A stretch of DNA of 43,724 bases from an uncultured Planctomycetales bacterium (GCA_964619045.1 CAZUCH010000001.1:1-43724); one strand, 5' to 3'. Shown: positions 1-9,280, counted from the first letter of the stretch. The notes: a model not told the origin generated them from the sequence alone. Numbers and translations: made by a program.

Positions 1-2525
1 GACTCGTGCCGCGTCGCCATCTCGCGCAGTGATTCCTCCCCCGCCGCGCGCTTCTCGACCGCGCGACCGCGCTCCACCTGGGCGTCGGTGTACTCCTGCG
101 CCAAGCGAGTAACCGCCGACTCCGCCGCTTCGCATTCCCCGGCCAGCGACGCGATACGCTCCTCGTGCTCATGCCGGGCCGCTACCACTGTGGCGCTCTC
201 GGCCTCGATCCGCCCAAGCTGCCCATCCACCTCGTCGATGGACTGCCGCACACCCTCCAGTTCGCCGCCGACGAGCTGCGTTTCGCGGGCCAACCGTTGA
301 CGGGCGTCCTCCACCCGCGCTTGCCCAGTGCGTGCTTCCGCATGTTCACGCTGCGTGGCCGCGATACGCTGCAAGAAGCCGTCGCGACGCAACTGCAGGT
401 CCGAAACCGCCTCGTCGACCTCCATTCGCCGACGCGTCAGCTTCACCAGCCGCGTTTCGAGCTCCTCGATCTCGACACGCAGTTGACGAATCTCCGCCTT
501 GCGGCTGATCAGCCCCGCCAGAGCCCGCGCGCCGCCGAACGTCATCCGGCCATCCGCACCGATTGTCGCTCCATCCAACGTCACGAACACACAGCCGGCC
601 AACGCACCGGCGGCCAACCTCAAGGCCTCCTCAGCCGTGCCCACAACGTACACCCGGCCCAGCAGGTGCTCGGCCAGCGCCCGATACTCCGGCTCGCAAC
701 GCACCCAGTCCACCACCCGCGCCACGAACCCGGCAGCGTGTTCATAACTCACCGGCGTCGCCTGTTGGGCGACCCGATCGAGCCCCAGCACGCGAACCGG
801 CCCCAACTCCGCACGCCGCCCGGAGAGCAGCGCCAAAAAGGCCTCCGTGTCGCGTACCACGACGTGATCCTCAAACGTCGCCAGCACGGCCTGGAGAATG
901 CTCACACGCGCATCGTCGATGTGGAGCAGGTCCGCCACCAGCCCTACGACGACCTCCGACGGCTGCTCATCGTCCTTCCACGTCAGGACCGTACGCGTGC
1001 CCTGATCTACGCCCTCCAGGCGCTGCTCCATATCGACCAGCACACCCAGCCGCGACAGCACGGCGCTGCGTTGCTCCTTCAACTCACCAATCTGGCCGTC
1101 GAGCTCCTCGGCTTCCGCGTTCAGCTCGGCCAGACGCCGCTCGTCGACGCGCAATGCCGCAGTCAACTCCGCGATCTGCTGATCCAGCCGCTCCACTCGC
1201 TCGCTCAGCTCGCCAAACTGCCCGGCCAGCCCCTCCTCGTCACGCCCTATCTCCTGTTGGCGGGCCACCAGCCGTTCCACCTGCGCCGCCAAACGATTGT
1301 GCTGCTGCGCCAGGTTCTCCTGATCGTTTTGCAGTAGCGCGGCTCGCCGGGCCGAATCGAACGCCGCCCCTCTCTCCTGCTCCAGCCGCTGCCGCGCCTG
1401 GCCGGTACGATTCTGGGCCGCCTGGCGGGCCTCACCCAACTGCGCGATGCGAGCCGCACTGCGTTCTTCAGCCGCCCGAAGCTCCTCCAGATCGACCTTT
1501 TCGGCCGCGATACGCTCAGCCAGAACCGCCCGGCGATCGCCGACTTCCCCGGCCTGCTCACGCCGGCGATCCCGCGTGATCGCCAACTCGGGCAGACGCC
1601 GCTCGCCCTGCACAATCCGCTCGCGCAGGGCACTCAGCGCTGTCTGCATCTCCAGCAACCGACCCTCGGCGGCCTGAATCTCATCGTCCAACGCTTGCCG
1701 GGCGTGCTCACACTCCGCCAGGCCGGCGTCATGAGCCGCCAGCTTGGCCCGCTCGGCGCGCAGCCCCTCGTCCAGCGCGTCCGCTTCCGCACAGACCTTC
1801 AGCCGCCCCTGCTCCAGATCGTGATACTCGGCCATCGAGAACGACGATCGCAGTTCACGCAGCCGAGCGTCGTACTGCTGGAAACTGCGGGCCTTACCGG
1901 CCGCCAGCCGTACACTCCGCAGCCGTTTCTCCAGTTCCTCGATGATGTCCTGGAGCCGCAGCAGATTCGCCTGCGTGCGATCCAGCTTGCGTTGCGCTTC
2001 GACTCGCCGAGCCTTGTAGCGACTGATGCCCGCGGCTTCTTCGAAGATCTCCCGCCGTTCGACCGGATTGGCCTGGAGCAACGAGTCCACCCGCCCCTGC
2101 TCGATGATGCTGTAGGCGTCCACGCCCACGCCCGTGTCCAGCAGCAGTTCCCGGACATCTTTCAGCCGGCACCCGCGCCCGTTGAGCTTGTACTCGCTGT
2201 CGCCGTTGCGATAAAGCACGCGGCCGACCACCACCTCCTGCTCATCGCTACGCAGGATGCCGCCGCGGTTGTCGAACGTGAGCTTCACTTCGGCGAACTT
2301 GGCGGCCTTTCGGGACCGTGAACCGGCGAAGATGACATCCTGCATCTTTCCGCCTCGCAGATTCCGAGCCGACTGTTCGCCCAACACCCACCGGACCGCG
2401 TCGAGGACGTTGCTCTTCCCGCACCCGTTAGGTCCGACTATCCCAGTGATGCCGGCTCCGAAATCGAACTCGGTTCGGTCGGCAAAGCTCTTGAAGCCAC
2501 TCAGAGAAACGCGTTTGAGAAACAC
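1..2525 (-). CDS. smc: chromosome segregation ATPase SMC, N-terminal ~840 codons (continues past the left window edge)
   Basis: The minus-strand frame starts with GTG at 2525 and reads VFLKRVSLSGFKSFADRTEFDFGAGITGIVGPNGCGKSNVLD. This is the SMC N-terminus with the FKSF motif and the GPNGxGKSN Walker A. The same frame reads coiled-coil sequence further left (RRLAELNAEAEELDGQIGE near 1081-1139; VEKRAAGEESLREMATRHE at 3-59). It is open to the window edge, so it is missing from the ORF track. Confidence 0.85.
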   Translation of the reverse strand, partial: MFLKRVSLSGFKSFADRTEFDFGAGITGIVGPNGCGKSNVLDAVRWVLGEQSARNLRGGKMQDVIFAGSRSRKAAKFAEVKLTFDNRGGILRSDEQEVVVGRVLYRNGDSEYKLNGRGCRLKDVRELLLDTGVGVDAYSIIEQGRVDSLLQANPVERREIFEEAAGISRYKARRVEAQRKLDRTQANLLRLQDIIEELEKRLRSVRLAAGKARSFQQYDARLRELRSSFSMAEYHDLEQGRLKVCAEADALDEGLRAERAKLAAHDAGLAECEHARQALDDEIQAAEGRLLEMQTALSALRERIVQGERRLPELAITRDRRREQAGEVGDRRAVLAERIAAEKVDLEELRAAEERSAARIAQLGEARQAAQNRTGQARQRLEQERGAAFDSARRAALLQNDQENLAQQHNRLAAQVERLVARQQEIGRDEEGLAGQFGELSERVERLDQQIAELTAALRVDERRLAELNAEAEELDGQIGELKEQRSAVLSRLGVLVDMEQRLEGVDQGTRTVLTWKDDEQPSEVVVGLVADLLHIDDARVSILQAVLATFEDHVVVRDTEAFLALLSGRRAELGPVRVLGLDRVAQQATPVSYEHAAGFVARVVDWVRCEPEYRALAEHLLGRVYVVGTAEEALRLAAGALAGCVFVTLDGATIGADGRMTFGGARALAGLISRKAEIRQLRVEIEELETRLVKLTRRRMEVDEAVSDLQLRRDGFLQRIAATQREHAEARTGQARVEDARQRLARETQLVGGELEGVRQSIDEVDGQLGRIEAESATVVAARHEHEERIASLAGECEAAESAVTRLAQEYTDAQVERGRAVEKRAAGEESLREMATRHE

Positions 2526-2913
2526 AACCTCATTCCATACGTTCATTAGGCGCAGACCACAGACCCCGAGATGTCCTCGGTGGCCACCGCTCGGACCGCG
2601 CACACTATATCTTGTATCTCATCCGCCACCATAGCACAAGAGGGTTGTTCCCACAAGATCTCGCAGCCGCTCGTCGCTACCATGCGTGATTGGGGGCAAT
2701 GATATCGGACCATCCGACCCTGCCGCTATCGGGCGCCTCCGACAGCCGGCCCCGCAGCTGGTTTTCGTTGCGGTTCCCGCCCGCATCTTGCTCTTCACAA
2801 TCACTTTGCCACCCGAAAGCTACTGCCATCCTCGCCGCCTGCGCACGACATTGCCAATAACTAAGGCGAGCGTGAGCGCACACCCGCTTACCGCTTTTTT
2901 ACGAAGATCGCGC

Positions 2914-2942
2914 TTGCAATCGCCTGTCTGGAGGGGTATAAC
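2914..2942 (+). promoter_or_regulatory. sigma70-type promoter candidate, TTGCAA-17 nt-TATAAC
   Basis: ttgcaa at 2914-2919 and tataac at 2937-2942 with a 17-nt spacer. It lies about 100 nt upstream of the PEP-CTERM gene ATG, in a 500-bp region divergent from smc. Confidence 0.4.
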
Positions 2943-3042
2943 TCAATGGCGTGAGAGGAAGGGTGAATGTCACCCGCGTCAAAATCAGGTTTCAGGAGGC
3001 GGAAGCACACCTCCACTGGCACTTATTTGGGAGAACGTAATC

Positions 3043-3798
3043 ATGAAGAAAGCTATTGTTTTGATGGCAGTCCTGTGTCTCGTGACGTCGGCAAGCGCCA
3101 ACGTCAACATGTGGCTGAGCAACTCGGCTGACGGAAACGGCTTGGTTGCAGGGGACGATCCGTTCCTGGCCGCGGATTACCAGTTCACTCTCGGCGGCGT
3201 CTCGTCGATGGGTGCGGCGGTTGATGTAGCTCCGGCGGCGGACTTCACGTACCTGTGGCTCCAGTTCGACAACGAGGCTGAAGGCGTCAAGATCCAGGGC
3301 ATCTCGACCGATTTGGTCGTGACCGTCCCCGGTGGCGATCCCACCAATCCCGCCGACATCATCGCCGGCGCCGTGACCAACAGCGTTGGCCACCGTTACA
3401 GCTACACCCCCCTTCCCGCGATTTACACCCGGTGGGAGGGTGATGCGGACATCTCGGTCACGGGCGATCCGAATGGCCTCTTCGTTGGCGCCACGTCGCA
3501 GGGCATCCAGAACCATGCCGCGCTGGACATGTTCCGCTCCGAGTGGAATGGCGCCAGCCGCACCGCGCTGATCGGTGCCGCAGCGTTTGCCGAAGGCATC
3601 CGCGGTGACATCTACCTCGGCATTGGCGACCTCAAGTATATGGACATCACCCCCCGTCCGACGGTGAGCCTCAACGGCGTTGAGGTTTTGCCGGGTGCTG
3701 GCCTCGACTACCAGTATGGCTACGCCGGGAACATCGTTCCGGAGCCCGCCAGCATGTTGCTGCTCGGTCTCGCCGGCCTGCTGATCCGTCGTCGCTAG
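3043..3798 (+). CDS. secreted protein with C-terminal PEP-CTERM sorting signal
   Basis: The internal ATG at 3043 gives the signal peptide MKKAIVLMAVLCLVTSASA. The C-terminus is VPEPASMLLLGLAGLLIRRR: a PEP motif, a hydrophobic helix and a basic tail. The track ORF 2686..3798 is over-extended upstream. Confidence 0.85.
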   Translation: MKKAIVLMAVLCLVTSASANVNMWLSNSADGNGLVAGDDPFLAADYQFTLGGVSSMGAAVDVAPAADFTYLWLQFDNEAEGVKIQGISTDLVVTVPGGDPTNPADIIAGAVTNSVGHRYSYTPLPAIYTRWEGDADISVTGDPNGLFVGATSQGIQNHAALDMFRSEWNGASRTALIGAAAFAEGIRGDIYLGIGDLKYMDITPRPTVSLNGVEVLPGAGLDYQYGYAGNIVPEPASMLLLGLAGLLIRRR

Positions 3799-3833
3799 TC
3801 ACTACTAGCAACTCGGATTCAAGCTGAATCAAG

Positions 3834-3868
3834 AAGGAGTCGGGCAATCCGCCCGGCTCCTTTCTCTA
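3834..3868. terminator. hairpin terminator between convergent genes
   Basis: aaggagtcgggc-aatcc-gcccggctcctt (12-bp stem with one mismatch), followed by a T-rich tctctatg. It lies between the PEP-CTERM gene (+) and ribF (-). Confidence 0.5.
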
Positions 3869-3916
3869 TGCGCCAACCTCGGGCGATCCCAACTGAACGG
3901 GACGCACGCCGCCTGG

Positions 3917-4882
3917 CTACATTGATATGGGCCGCACCCCGGCCCCCAGCTCGCTGGCCACCTTACGCGTCGCGACAACATCCCGCCCAATCTGCTCGAT
4001 GAGCCGCTGGGCTGAGTCAAACCTCTCTTGCTCGCGCAGACGTGCCAGGAAGTGCAGCCCCACGCGCCGGCCGCGCAAATCGCCATCGAAATCCAGCACA
4101 TGGGCTTCCACCCGCGGCAGCTCCTGCTCGAACGTCGGCTGTGCTCCGATGTTCACCGCCGCCGGGTGTAGCGTGCCGTCCTCAAGTTGCGCCACGGCGG
4201 CATACACGGCCTGCTGCGGCAACAGGTGCCGAATGCCGTCCAGGTTGGCCGTCGGATAGCCCAACTCGGCCCCGCGCCCCTCGCCGTGCCCGGTCGAGCC
4301 GATCACGCGGTGAGGGCGCCCCAGCATGATGTTGGCCTCTTCCACGCGGCCGTCACGCAGAGCCTGACGAATCGACGTGCTGCTGATCGCCGGTCGCGTG
4401 GACAGCTCTTCGCAACGCACCTCAGGAACCTCATGCACTTCATATCCCCACCGATCGGCGTGCTCCACCAGAGTGTCGATCGAGCCCTCCCGACCACGTC
4501 CGAAGTTGAACTCGGGGCCTTCCACGAGGGCACGTGGGTGACAGTGGGTCACCAGGCCGGCCAGGAAATCGTCAGCCCGCTGAGCCAGCAGTTCAGGCGT
4601 GCTCCGCAGAACAATGCAATGGCCGACGCCCAGCCGCTCCAGCAGCGACAGTTTCTCGGCCAGCGTCGTCAGCATGGCCGGAGCGCGCTCCGGCCCCAGC
4701 ACCGCCAACGGATGCGGATGGAAGGTCACGGCGGCAACGCCTGCTCCCAGCCGCCGGGCCGCCGCGCGAGCGACTCCCACCAACTCGGCATGTCCCCTGT
4801 GTACGCCATCGAAGTTCCCGATGGTGAGGACGATGCCCCCGTGCGGCGGCACGAACTGCTCCAGGCCGTTGGTAACTTCCAT
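3917..4882 (-). CDS. ribF: bifunctional riboflavin kinase / FAD synthetase
   Basis: MEVTNGLEQFVPPHGGIVLTIGNFDGVHRGHAEL is the FAD synthetase N-terminal motif. The C-terminal riboflavin kinase part includes GRGAELGYPTANL and RVEAHVLDFDGDLRG. I chose the start at M63 of the track ORF, just downstream of the stop of the preceding gene. Confidence 0.9.
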   Translation of the reverse strand: MEVTNGLEQFVPPHGGIVLTIGNFDGVHRGHAELVGVARAAARRLGAGVAAVTFHPHPLAVLGPERAPAMLTTLAEKLSLLERLGVGHCIVLRSTPELLAQRADDFLAGLVTHCHPRALVEGPEFNFGRGREGSIDTLVEHADRWGYEVHEVPEVRCEELSTRPAISSTSIRQALRDGRVEEANIMLGRPHRVIGSTGHGEGRGAELGYPTANLDGIRHLLPQQAVYAAVAQLEDGTLHPAAVNIGAQPTFEQELPRVEAHVLDFDGDLRGRRVGLHFLARLREQERFDSAQRLIEQIGRDVVATRKVASELGAGVRPISM

Positions 4883-4905
4883 CCTGCTGGCCGCCACGTC
4901 ACACA

Positions 4906-5415
4906 TCAAGGACCAGGCATGACGCGCAGCCCCAACTGCTCGGCACGCTCCGCGAAGTCCGCCTCCGAGAGCCACTCGACTGTATAGGTCTCCCGCTCGG
5001 CGTGGTAGACAACGATGTGCCGGCCGTTGGGCATGAACAACCCGCTGTGCGGGTGGAAGCAGCAACACACGCCCACCTCGGGCCGCGATCGAGAGACTTG
5101 GTTCGGGTACAGCGAGTTGTACAAGAAGTGGTGACGGCGGGTGTTCTCCTCCGGCAACGGCAGCTCATATGGGATTCGCCCACGCTCATCGTGAACCCGC
5201 TGAAGATCGGCGGCGGCGTACTCCATCCGATCGCGACACCCTTTGATGTCCTCCTGCTCACGCACCACGATTGACAACGCCGCCATCGCCAGAACGGCCA
5301 CGAAGAGCGCCGCCGCGCTCCGCACGACACGCCGCCGACGCGATGCGATTGTCCGCCGCCCGACGCGTTCGCTGGCGTCGCTCCTGCCCGCGCCACTTGT
5401 TGAGTCCATCGTCAT
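4906..5415 (-). CDS. hypothetical membrane-anchored protein
   Basis: 169-aa ORF with a basic N-terminus and one hydrophobic helix (AAALFVAVLAMAALSIVV). It lies on the same strand between purL and ribF. I recognise no family. Confidence 0.5.
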   Translation of the reverse strand: MTMDSTSGAGRSDASERVGRRTIASRRRRVVRSAAALFVAVLAMAALSIVVREQEDIKGCRDRMEYAAADLQRVHDERGRIPYELPLPEENTRRHHFLYNSLYPNQVSRSRPEVGVCCCFHPHSGLFMPNGRHIVVYHAERETYTVEWLSEADFAERAEQLGLRVMPGP

Positions 5416-5687
5416 TCGACAAGCCCAATTCTCGGCTAGCCCTTGTGCATTCCCGGATCGACCCGCATTCTATAGCCAGCCCGCGAGCGGTGAAAGCCGG
5501 AACTCGAATCAGCAGGTCCACGGGTATGAACACAACCGCGATAGATGCGATAGACATTGCATGGGTGATAGGCGGAGCAGCACTCACGCTGGCCCTGATC
5601 GGCGTCCTACTGTACTGGAGCCGCAACGAGGCACGCCAACCGCCTCGGCCGCCCCCGCAATACTCCGACTCAGATCCCCCAGACGTA

Positions 5688-5764
5688 GCGGCCGACCTCC
5701 GAGTCGGCCGTGGAACACGGAAAGACCGCCCCTGACGAGTCCGGCCTACTCGGAGGTCGGCCGC
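5688..5764 (-). terminator. long GC-rich inverted repeat immediately 3' of purL
   Basis: gcggccgacctccgagt (5688-5704) is the perfect reverse complement of actcggaggtcggccgc (5748-5764), a 17-bp stem. It lies 14 nt beyond the purL stop codon (5778-5780 on the minus strand). Confidence 0.5.
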
Positions 5765-5777
5765 CACCGGGCTTCCG

Positions 5778-8700
5778 CTAGTCGCTGCCCCGCGCCCAAG
5801 CGGCCCGCAGGTCCGCAAGCGCCACCTCGCAATCGCCACAAACCAGCCGGGAGTCCGGCGTGACGTCACCCAGCGGAGTGTGGCGCACCGTCTCCCGGTC
5901 AAGCAGAGCCCCCGCCGCCTCGGCATCCGCTACTTCAACAACATATGCCGCGCACAGCTCCTCGAAGGGGGTCGCCTCCGCGTCGTCCGCACGCAGCGCC
6001 ACGCCGCGAACTCCGGCGAAGGCCATCTCGGCCACCGCCGTCAGCCAACCACCGTCGGACACGTCGTGACAAGCCGCGATCAACCGCCGCCGGATCAGCT
6101 CCGCCACTGCACGGTGCGTCCGGGCCGCGTCCGCCAATGAGAACCCAATCACCGGCAACCCACCAACCAGCCACACAGGATTGCCCGGCCGCTTCAGGTC
6201 CGGCGTCTGGCAGCGCGTCACGTCGTCGATGACGCTGATGGCGCTGATCAGCAGAGTCGAGGGAATCGCCAACCGGCGGCGCTCGCGAATACGCTGCTCC
6301 AGCGTCGGCAGCAGGGCTCGCAATCGACGCGCCTCGCTCGCATCTCCCGTCGCCCAGCTACGCAACGCCGCGCACAACGGTTCGACATCCGCTTCATCCA
6401 GCGCGAACTCGTTGTTCAGCGAGTCCTTGCCAGATATGAACGGCACTCCGAAAGCCAACGCCGTGTCGTAGCATGCCTGACATGCGCGAACCAGGGCGCC
6501 AAGTTGGCGCGTGTCGTCACCTCGGCCCCAGCAGAAGTTGTCGAGAATCGCCGTCTGATCAGGATCGCCACCCACGCAGACCACATTTCTTATAGCTTCG
6601 TCGATCGAGCCCGCAGCCATCCAGTACGGATCAACGTCGGCAACGTGCGGCCCCATCCCGCAACCCAGCGCCACGCCGCGGCACGAGTCCAGTCGCGGCC
6701 GCAGCACCGCCGCGTCACCGGGGCCGCGCCCCGGTCCCAGCAGCGGCTTGACCACGCTACCGCCCTGAACCTCGTGGTCGTATTGCCGAATGATCCACGC
6801 CCGCGAGGCCACGTTCGGGCGCGCCAACTCCGCCGTCAGCCGTGACAGGGCCGCCGGCACACTAACCGCCGTCTCGCCGGTGTCGGGAGATTGTGGCACC
6901 GGCATCTTGCCGGTGGAATCACAGGCTGGAAGCCTGTGCCACAATTTGGTTGCGGCCGAAGGCCGCGCTGTGCCGCCGCACGCTGGATTCACGCTCTGAG
7001 GCACCGGCTGCCACTCGGCCACCCGCTCCACGCGCGGCACGCCATGGTGCAGGAATTGCATGTCGAGTTCGCCCACAACCTGGCCGTTGAAACGCAGGGT
7101 TATCCGCGCCGTCCCGTCGCCGCACGCATCGGCGTTGCCGAACGTGCCGATCACCGTCGCCTCGACCTCCTCGGCGCGCATGATCTCCAGGAATCGCTCC
7201 AGATTCGCCGGCGGCAGAGAGACAACCATCCGCTCCTGGGCTTCGCTGATCCAAATCTCATCGTAACCCAGGCCGGCGTACTTCAGCGGCACGCGGTCCA
7301 GATCGACCTCCGCCCCGATCTCCTCGCCCATCTCGCCCACCGCACTGCTCAGCCCCCCAGCCCCGCAATCCGTCATGGCCGTGTACAGGCAGCCACCCTC
7401 GGCGTCACGAGCCTTTAGGATCGCGTCCAGGAACCGCTTCTCCGTGATCGCGTTCCCAATCTGGACCGCGTGCGAGAACTCGTCCGCATGTGTGTCGGTC
7501 AACTCGGCCGACGAGAAGGTCGCACCGTGAATCCCGTCGCGCCCGGTGCGCCCGCCGATGACGACCACCAGATCCCCGACCTGGGCCGCCTTCTCGATGC
7601 AATCACGGGGAATGAGCCCTAGCGAACCGGCATAGACCAGCGGGTTGCCCAGGTAACGTGGGTCGAAGTACACGGCCCCGTTGACCGTGGGGATGCCCAT
7701 GCGGTTGCCGTAGTCGGCCACGCCGCTGACGATGCCCTTCAGAACTCGCCAGGGGTGCAACACGCCCTTGGGCAGACACTCCTGGGGCCAGTCGGACGGG
7801 GCTACGCAGAACACGTCCGTGTTGGCCACCGGCTTGGCCCCCAGCCCGCAGCCGATGATGTCACGAATCACGCCGCCGATCCCAGTCGCCGCCCCGCCGT
7901 AGGGCTCGATCGCCGACGGGTGGTTGTGAGTCTCGACCTTGAACGCCAGCCCGAACTCCTCGTCGAAGCCGATCACGCCGGCGTTGTCCTTGAAAATCGA
8001 CAGGCATTGCGGCCCCCGACCAGCCGCGATGAGTTCCTCAGTCGCCCGGACGATCGTATCCTTCAGCAGATTGTCGTAATGCCGAGTTTCCTCGGCTCCC
8101 GCGGCAGATGGCGTTGCGCCATCCGGCGTCGGCAGCGGCGCCCCTCGATACACGATCGCGCTCCGCAGTGTCTTGTGGACGCAGTGCTCCGACCATGTCT
8201 GGGCCAGCGTTTCCAGCTCCAGGTCGGTCGGCTCGCGGTCCAGTCCCTGGAAGTGCGCCTGTATCGCACGCATCTCCGCCAGCGACAGGAACAGGTGGGC
8301 GCCGCGTGATAGCCGCTCCAGACCATCGTCGCCCAGCGCCAGCAGCGGCACGTGACGCAGCTCAAACTCATGTGCCGGCGGCTGTGGAGCCGGCCGCACG
8401 CCGGCCGTCCCGGGAATCAGTTGCTCGATGCAGTCGTTGGCCAGGACGCGGCCGGCGGTGTCCAGAACCCCACTCTCATCCAGCGGCCCACTGACCACGA
8501 AACGCCGCCCCGTCCGCACTGACTCCACGGCAAGCCCCTCAGCACGCAGCTCAGCGAGCGTGCTCTCGGCGACCGGGTCCATGACCCCCGGACGAGGGTG
8601 AATCTCGAACGCGACCATTCCCGAGGCCACTTGCGGCTGCGCGTCATCGACCCCCAGCACCGTGACATCCTCGACGACGGGATCGCCCAACAAGTCGGCC

Positions 8701-8876
8701 GCGACTCGCTGAGCGTCAGCCCGGCTGAGCGCGCCTTCCAGGAAGAAGAGCCGCGACGCCGCGAGTCCGGTAATATCCCCAAGTCCGGCTTCACGCAGAG
8801 CGGCCAACATCTGCCCCTCGCCGCCGGCGTGTGTCGCATCAGCGCGCGGCCCGATTTCGACCCGGTAGACGGTCAT
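5778..8876 (-). CDS. purL: phosphoribosylformylglycinamidine synthase, PurS-PurS-PurL fusion (no glutaminase domain)
   Basis: The PurL core includes LSLAEMRAIQAHF, TWSEHCVHKT, VETHNHPSAIEPYGGAATGIGG, GRDGIHGATFSS and ISGKDSLNNEF. Two PurS-like modules precede it (..LLGDPVVEDVTV.. and ..VLANDCIEQLI..). The start could be ATG 8876 (MTVYRV..) or GTG 8894. Confidence 0.9.
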   Translation of the reverse strand: MTVYRVEIGPRADATHAGGEGQMLAALREAGLGDITGLAASRLFFLEGALSRADAQRVAADLLGDPVVEDVTVLGVDDAQPQVASGMVAFEIHPRPGVMDPVAESTLAELRAEGLAVESVRTGRRFVVSGPLDESGVLDTAGRVLANDCIEQLIPGTAGVRPAPQPPAHEFELRHVPLLALGDDGLERLSRGAHLFLSLAEMRAIQAHFQGLDREPTDLELETLAQTWSEHCVHKTLRSAIVYRGAPLPTPDGATPSAAGAEETRHYDNLLKDTIVRATEELIAAGRGPQCLSIFKDNAGVIGFDEEFGLAFKVETHNHPSAIEPYGGAATGIGGVIRDIIGCGLGAKPVANTDVFCVAPSDWPQECLPKGVLHPWRVLKGIVSGVADYGNRMGIPTVNGAVYFDPRYLGNPLVYAGSLGLIPRDCIEKAAQVGDLVVVIGGRTGRDGIHGATFSSAELTDTHADEFSHAVQIGNAITEKRFLDAILKARDAEGGCLYTAMTDCGAGGLSSAVGEMGEEIGAEVDLDRVPLKYAGLGYDEIWISEAQERMVVSLPPANLERFLEIMRAEEVEATVIGTFGNADACGDGTARITLRFNGQVVGELDMQFLHHGVPRVERVAEWQPVPQSVNPACGGTARPSAATKLWHRLPACDSTGKMPVPQSPDTGETAVSVPAALSRLTAELARPNVASRAWIIRQYDHEVQGGSVVKPLLGPGRGPGDAAVLRPRLDSCRGVALGCGMGPHVADVDPYWMAAGSIDEAIRNVVCVGGDPDQTAILDNFCWGRGDDTRQLGALVRACQACYDTALAFGVPFISGKDSLNNEFALDEADVEPLCAALRSWATGDASEARRLRALLPTLEQRIRERRRLAIPSTLLISAISVIDDVTRCQTPDLKRPGNPVWLVGGLPVIGFSLADAARTHRAVAELIRRRLIAACHDVSDGGWLTAVAEMAFAGVRGVALRADDAEATPFEELCAAYVVEVADAEAAGALLDRETVRHTPLGDVTPDSRLVCGDCEVALADLRAAWARGSD
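6890..6945. repeat. 56-nt nested palindromic (REP/MITE-like) element embedded in frame in purL
   Basis: Sequence: attgtggcaccggcatcttgccggtggaatcacaggctggaagcctgtgccacaat. The outer 10-bp inverted repeat is attgtggcac/gtgccacaat. The inner hairpins are caccggc-atctt-gccggtg and cacaggct-gga-agcctgtg. Confidence 0.7.
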
Positions 8877-9177
8877 GTCTCTCATCCACACCAAGAGCGC
8901 GTGCTTAGCGCGCGATTATCGATCGATCAGAAGTCGCGAATGATAGCCTCTGAGGCCCTCCGCGTCGCCCGGGGGCCCCCCAAACAACCCGCCCCGCGAC
9001 CGCGTGGTTTCAGCGGCACGACACCCTCGCGCGCGGCGAAGCGACCAATATCAACAGAACGCCCGATAACCGCCGGCCGTGGCGCAACCCATTGTTACCA
9101 CACATGTTATAGGCTTCAGACGTCCGGCGCCGGGCCCCTTGGAGCCCCCGAATCTTAGCGCAATGTTAACTTTCTTC

Positions 9178-9207
9178 TTGCAACGCCGCCACCGCTGCAC
9201 GTACCAT
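9178..9207 (+). promoter_or_regulatory. sigma70-type promoter candidate, TTGCAA-18 nt-TACCAT
   Basis: Lies in the 385-bp divergent purL/accA intergenic region. A 7-bp hairpin, attactg-tgcagg-cagtaat (9213-9232), follows it before the accA start. Confidence 0.3.
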
Positions 9208-9280
9208 CCCGGATTACTGTGCAGGCAGTAATGGGTGCGGGCAATGAGCCCGCTATGGCGCGGCCTGTCTGGCGAATTGA

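Noticed and set aside
165-1579. Long plus-strand ORFs (165..1337, 563..1579 and others up to about 2321) at the left end.
   Set aside because: They are Arg/Pro/Leu/Gln-rich low-complexity translations lying antisense to the real smc reading frame, which carries clear SMC motifs on the minus strand. They are typical GC-rich shadow ORFs.
5526-5735. 69-aa plus-strand ORF with one hydrophobic helix (MNTTAIDAIDIAWVIGGAALTLALIGVLLYW..) between two minus-strand genes.
   Set aside because: I see no convincing RBS. Its 3' end is occupied by the left arm of the 17-bp inverted repeat that looks like the purL terminator. The tail is Pro/Arg-rich. Coding cannot be excluded but is not supported.
6894-6910. 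TGGCAC...TTGC inside the purL palindromic element, resembling a sigma54 promoter.
   Set aside because: The spacing is TGGCAC-N7-TTGC, two nt too long for the -24/-12 geometry. It also lies mid-gene with nothing to transcribe.
8895-9060. Possible ZTP (pfl) or other purine riboswitch in the purL 5' leader.
   Set aside because: The reverse complement contains gggtgtcgtgcc, which vaguely resembles the GGGUCGUGAC start of the ZTP motif. The conserved downstream CCGCCUGGGC pseudoknot partner and the rest of the consensus are absent.
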